Of a stretch of DNA of 64,000 nt, positions 60,180 through 64,000 are shown piece after piece. Within the stretch, counting starts at the first letter, position 1; each line of letters starts with the position of its first letter. The notes under the pieces are model-generated. The model saw only the letters and a program-made list of their open reading frames with translations, was not told where the DNA came from and ran no database searches. The translations under genes were made by a program, and so were the position numbers. This DNA is from Candidatus Obscuribacterales bacterium (lineage in GTDB: Bacteria; Cyanobacteriota; Vampirovibrionia; Obscuribacterales; Obscuribacteraceae). Where the stretch lies: positions 544,001 through 608,000 of the forward strand of contig CBDDIJ010000005.1 in NCBI GenBank assembly GCA_965228855.1, given 5' to 3'.

Positions 60180-60220
60180 ACCGAGATAGTCAAACTCGAA
60201 AAATTGTCCGAAGAATTCAC

Positions 60221-60250
60221 TTGACATCTATAGTTATTTCATAATATTCT
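60221..60250 (+). promoter_or_regulatory. Putative sigma70-type promoter
   Basis: TTGACA (60221-60226), 18-nt spacer, TATTCT (60245-60250) in AT-rich DNA upstream of the 60387 ORF. Confidence 0.55.
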
Positions 60251-60386
60251 TGAAACGCCCCAGAGAAGATTCAAATTCTCTTTTCCTTTGTTTTAGTAAA
60301 CCAACTCGCTGTTTGTTGACGCAGAGCCCGCTCTGCTCAATTCTTGTGCCTTCACCTGCAGAAGGACGTTCCTAAAGGAAACCCGC

Positions 60387-61280
60387 ATGGAAAACACATC
60401 CAATGAAGACCGCCTGGCGGGTCTCGCTCCTGATGAGTGGAACGAGGTTGACGTCGGCACGCGGATCGATCTGAACGGGAAAACAACTTACCACGTACTG
60501 ACCAGCGACAGAAAAGTCGGCTACTTTGTCGAGAAAGTATATAACGACAAGCAGAATCTGGTCCGTATCGTTAAACGCGGCAGAAACAGCCGTTCTGAAA
60601 CAGATTTCGCACCCGATACCGGCGACGTCGTTCGGATTTTCGAGTCAAGCACTTTGCCGGATGGCAATGCGATGACCAAAGAAATCGTCTACGCAAGCGA
60701 ACGCTCCACGGAAACCATCGTCATCGTAGGACCTGATGGCGACCTGAAGCGCACGGTCCAACGCGAGAGTGTCGGCATAAGAACGCTGCAACAAGGCCAA
60801 ACCGATTACAAACAAAACGGCGTTCCGTCTGTGACAATCAATCACACGATGGAACCAAAAACTGGAAAGCTCTCTCACCGTGAGCAGATTCGCTGGCTAA
60901 AAGATGGTCAGCGCGCTTCGACTGAACACTTTTTCTTTAATGCAATCGGCGCAGTCAGCAAATACACAAAAATTTTGTATCATGCCACTGGCGGACCGTT
61001 CCTCGAAGAGACTCATAGATACGGGACCTCCGGACACATGCTTCGCCGCGAGATCATTCAGTACAATCCAACCGGCGTGCAAACCGCTGCAGATCTTACG
61101 ATGTACGACGAGAAGGGCGACATAACGCAACGCTCGACTACGTACTACGATCATCGAGGCGCCGCTGTGGCGACGCACTCGGCCGATTGCCCTCCGGCTG
61201 AGTCATGGCTGGAAGAAGGAGAACAGGTTCTCAAACAACTGGAGAAAAAACTGGAGTCATCCTCGGAAAATTATTACTAA
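60387..61280 (+). CDS. Hypothetical protein with YD/MORN-like beta-hairpin repeats
   Basis: Y-x-x-x-G turns every 14 aa (YHATG, YGTSG, YNPTG, YDEKG, YDHRG); AAGGA RBS. Confidence 0.7.
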   Translation: MENTSNEDRLAGLAPDEWNEVDVGTRIDLNGKTTYHVLTSDRKVGYFVEKVYNDKQNLVRIVKRGRNSRSETDFAPDTGDVVRIFESSTLPDGNAMTKEIVYASERSTETIVIVGPDGDLKRTVQRESVGIRTLQQGQTDYKQNGVPSVTINHTMEPKTGKLSHREQIRWLKDGQRASTEHFFFNAIGAVSKYTKILYHATGGPFLEETHRYGTSGHMLRREIIQYNPTGVQTAADLTMYDEKGDITQRSTTYYDHRGAAVATHSADCPPAESWLEEGEQVLKQLEKKLESSSENYY

Positions 61281-61289
61281 GCATCAGCT

Positions 61290-63359
61290 TCAAAGCACGA
61301 CGATATCACACGTCTTCATCTGCTTCGACAATTCATTTACGATTGGGTAGTTGACTCCCAGACATCGCCGGATGATGACGCGCTGCAGCTCGGGCATCTG
61401 TAAAAGATGCTTCAAACCTGAAGAGGAAACATTCGTCTCTTGCAGCGAGAGTTGTTTTACTTTCACACCATCGAGTGCCGCCAGATGCTCGTCACCGAAA
61501 GCCATACCATCGATTTCTAACCGCTCTAAAGTTTTAAACTCGCGCAAATCCTTAAACGCTCCTGGAAATGCGCATCCCGTGCGAAAAACCATGCGCACAA
61601 GTAACGGCAGATTCTTTACGAGACGCAACTGACCGCCCTGAAGTTTTCCCTCGCCTGAAAACTGAAGCTCTCTCAACGTATCAAGTTTCGAAATTTCGCG
61701 GAACACGTCTGAGCTTAACTGGTTCGGAGACAGGCTTAACATGACGATCCTGTTTTGTTCGTTCAAGACTCGAATGCTACGAGAATCTACTCGTCTGTTC
61801 CTGGAGAAGTCCAAACTGGTCAAAATTTTAAATTGACTGACCGTTTCAAAACTGTCGTTGCCTAGATCACAGGCGGAGACGCTGAGCGTCTCGAGCGGCA
61901 ATGCGCCAAGGTATGCAAGACCTCTTGCGTTCACCCCCTTACAGGCGCTGAACTCGACGCTCTTTAAATTCTTTCGCTCGCTTATAGATTTCAAACAATC
62001 GTCAGAGACCACGCTATCCTTGATAGCGAGCCGTTCTAACGCAGGACTGTTTAAAAATTTGAACCCGCTACCGTCGAGAGTTGCACCGTAAATTCTAAGT
62101 TCGTTCAGATCACGCTCGCCGGCAAGCTCCTTTAAGTCACCATCAGTGATACCATTTTTCGCCTGCACGACGAGCCGACCATAGCTGTAGGTGCGGACAA
62201 ACGTTGGCGCCGGGTTATACTCATCAAGGGTGGGAAGCAATACGTCAGCCTTACGCAGTGCTGGAACTGTTGCAGCAGGTGTTTTTGATAACAGGCGTTC
62301 GAGTTGACTGTAGCCCAACCAGCAGGCAGCGATGAAACAAACCAGTGCCACCATTATTGCGCTGATGACCGGATCGCGGTCATGCTTCCTGGAAGACTCC
62401 TTTGGAATCATCAAGTTATCCAGCGTGATTGAGTACGAGCGATCCAGCACCTTGGTCAAATCAGCTTTCAGGTTGTACATCGATTGATATCGGTCGTCAC
62501 GATTCTTCGCCAAGCATCTAGACAAGAGTGTTTCCACTCTCGAACTGAACGCACGTCCAGGATTGACGGCGGCAAGCGCAGGCGGTTTTTCGCTTGCATG
62601 TTTATTAATGATTTGAAGCGCGCTTTCGCCGTGAAAGGGCGGCTTACCTGTCAACGTTTCAAAAAGAACGCAACCTAACGAATAAACTTCGGACCGCTCG
62701 TCATACATCAAACCGAAACATTGGTCGGGGCTCATGTACTGCGGCGTTCCAACGATTGTCCGCCCCTGCACCTCAAAGGCTTCATCTGCCGTGTGTTGAA
62801 TGGCGGCCACTCCAAAGTCGATCAGTCGCACGTCCGGTTCGCGTGAATCGCTGTTCACAAGAAGGATGTTGGATGTCTTAATGTCTCGGTGAAAAATTCC
62901 GCAGCTGTGAGCGTAGGCAAGAGCATCGGCTAGCGCAACGCCAATTTTGAGCGCGCGCTCGGTATCGAGCGGACCGTTGGTTAGCAGTTCGCGGTCAAGA
63001 CTGACACCTTCCACGTACTCCATCGCCATGTAGACAACGCCGCTTTCAGTAGATCCAAAATCGTAAACCGCGATGATGTTTCTATGATTCAAGCGGCTAG
63101 TCGCGCGTGCCTCTTGTTGGAAGCTGATCAACTCATCATCAGTGACGTTACGCAAAATTTTTACTGCCACTTTCTTGCGATGCAGGCGTCGGTCGTGACA
63201 GAGGTAAATCGTTCCAACAGTTCCTTTTCCGATGATGGCGACCGGCTCATACCTTTCTAATGGAAAATCTGCGGCTGTAAAACTGCCAACGTCACCGCTA
63301 TCCGGCATCGCGGTAGCTTCGTTCGAATTCGAATCGCTATCTGTAACAGGCGTGTCCAT
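61290..63359 (-). CDS. Ser/Thr kinase - TM - leucine-rich-repeat receptor-like kinase
   Basis: IGKGTVGTIY, VAVK, HRDIKTSN, DFG, GTPQYMSPD; TM; LxxLxL repeats (LNELRI, LERLAI, LETLSV, LTSLDF, LERLEI); start taken at MDTPV. Confidence 0.9.
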   Translation of the reverse strand: MDTPVTDSDSNSNEATAMPDSGDVGSFTAADFPLERYEPVAIIGKGTVGTIYLCHDRRLHRKKVAVKILRNVTDDELISFQQEARATSRLNHRNIIAVYDFGSTESGVVYMAMEYVEGVSLDRELLTNGPLDTERALKIGVALADALAYAHSCGIFHRDIKTSNILLVNSDSREPDVRLIDFGVAAIQHTADEAFEVQGRTIVGTPQYMSPDQCFGLMYDERSEVYSLGCVLFETLTGKPPFHGESALQIINKHASEKPPALAAVNPGRAFSSRVETLLSRCLAKNRDDRYQSMYNLKADLTKVLDRSYSITLDNLMIPKESSRKHDRDPVISAIMVALVCFIAACWLGYSQLERLLSKTPAATVPALRKADVLLPTLDEYNPAPTFVRTYSYGRLVVQAKNGITDGDLKELAGERDLNELRIYGATLDGSGFKFLNSPALERLAIKDSVVSDDCLKSISERKNLKSVEFSACKGVNARGLAYLGALPLETLSVSACDLGNDSFETVSQFKILTSLDFSRNRRVDSRSIRVLNEQNRIVMLSLSPNQLSSDVFREISKLDTLRELQFSGEGKLQGGQLRLVKNLPLLVRMVFRTGCAFPGAFKDLREFKTLERLEIDGMAFGDEHLAALDGVKVKQLSLQETNVSSSGLKHLLQMPELQRVIIRRCLGVNYPIVNELSKQMKTCDIVVL

Positions 63360-63568
63360 AGGTTCGTTATACCCGGAAGTGCCTACCTGCGGCGTTTTTT
63401 GGAGCACGGACAACAGTTCTGCTCTTTTTAGCGAAAGGATATTGAATGCTCGAAACGCCCGATTCTTCGTGCCCACTCGTATTTTCACCATTCCCCAGGA
63501 GCAATATCCCAACATAGAATAAACCTGCTCAATGCTCAGTAACTAGTTTGAAGAACGAGGAGAACCGA

Positions 63569-64000
63569 ATGGTTCATCATTCCAGCCCCGAGGCTGGGGC
63601 GCTCCGCAACGCCTCTGCCCCCAGCCACCAGATTGAGGCAACAGCAAACCTACAGAGCCACGCGTCAGAGCTTATGAGTGCTCGCACTCTGTACACGCAC
63701 AGCTCGACACCGCGTGCAGAAGTAGTTTCAGGCGGCACCCTGACGGTGCCTCCCCTCGGCGACACAGCCAGCACGACTCGCGGTGACATATACAAGGATG
63801 CGACGGTCACACCGACGCGCGCACCACTCGATGCCACCAAGACTGTCGCCGACATGACGAAAACCGGCGCGATCAAGGACAATACGGCCAATGTCGATCC
63901 GGTAGAGCGTCCGAAGGCCAGCGACGGCACAGCGCCGACGATCAAAGTTCAATTCTCCGACATCACTGCGGCCAATAAGACTCAGCCTGACTTCGTCGTC
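63569..64000 (+). CDS. Partial (3'-truncated) hypothetical protein
   Basis: GAGGAG RBS, ATG at 63569 (MVHHSSPEAG...), frame open to the window end; missing from the ORF track because it has no stop. Confidence 0.75.
   Translation, partial: MVHHSSPEAGALRNASAPSHQIEATANLQSHASELMSARTLYTHSSTPRAEVVSGGTLTVPPLGDTASTTRGDIYKDATVTPTRAPLDATKTVADMTKTGAIKDNTANVDPVERPKASDGTAPTIKVQFSDITAANKTQPDFVV

Overview
Gene-dense bacterial chromosomal window with about 50 CDS and no rRNA, complete tRNA, CRISPR array, transposase or integrase that I can recognise. The content (five membrane-anchored Hanks-type Ser/Thr kinases, many TPR/Sel1/LRR proteins, a cyanobacteria/chloroplast-type membrane protein, no photosynthesis genes) suggests a non-photosynthetic relative of Cyanobacteria (Melainabacteria/Vampirovibrionia, Obscuribacterales-like); this placement is inference. 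Recognisable genes include a delta-9-type desaturase, patatin, YtcJ-like amidohydrolase, Glu/Leu/Phe/Val dehydrogenase, OPT transporter, MOSC protein, RlpA, class A PBP, asnS, an O-methyltransferase, a TetR-MFP-RND efflux operon, a CzcA/CusA permease and L-serine dehydratase. The most notable items are: (1) a full-length plant-type methionine S-methyltransferase whose C-terminal PLP domain looks catalytically intact, followed by an SDR; (2) a tiny signal-peptide/YIDPGTG membrane peptide coupled to a NoeA-like kinase-fold/methyltransferase; (3) a class A beta-lactamase-like protein with Tyr at the Glu166 position; (4) a LysM plus papain-like Cys-His-Asn protein with no signal peptide; (5) a His-rich small ORF and structured spacer upstream of an orphan czcA. 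All family calls come from motif recognition by eye; no database searches were run.
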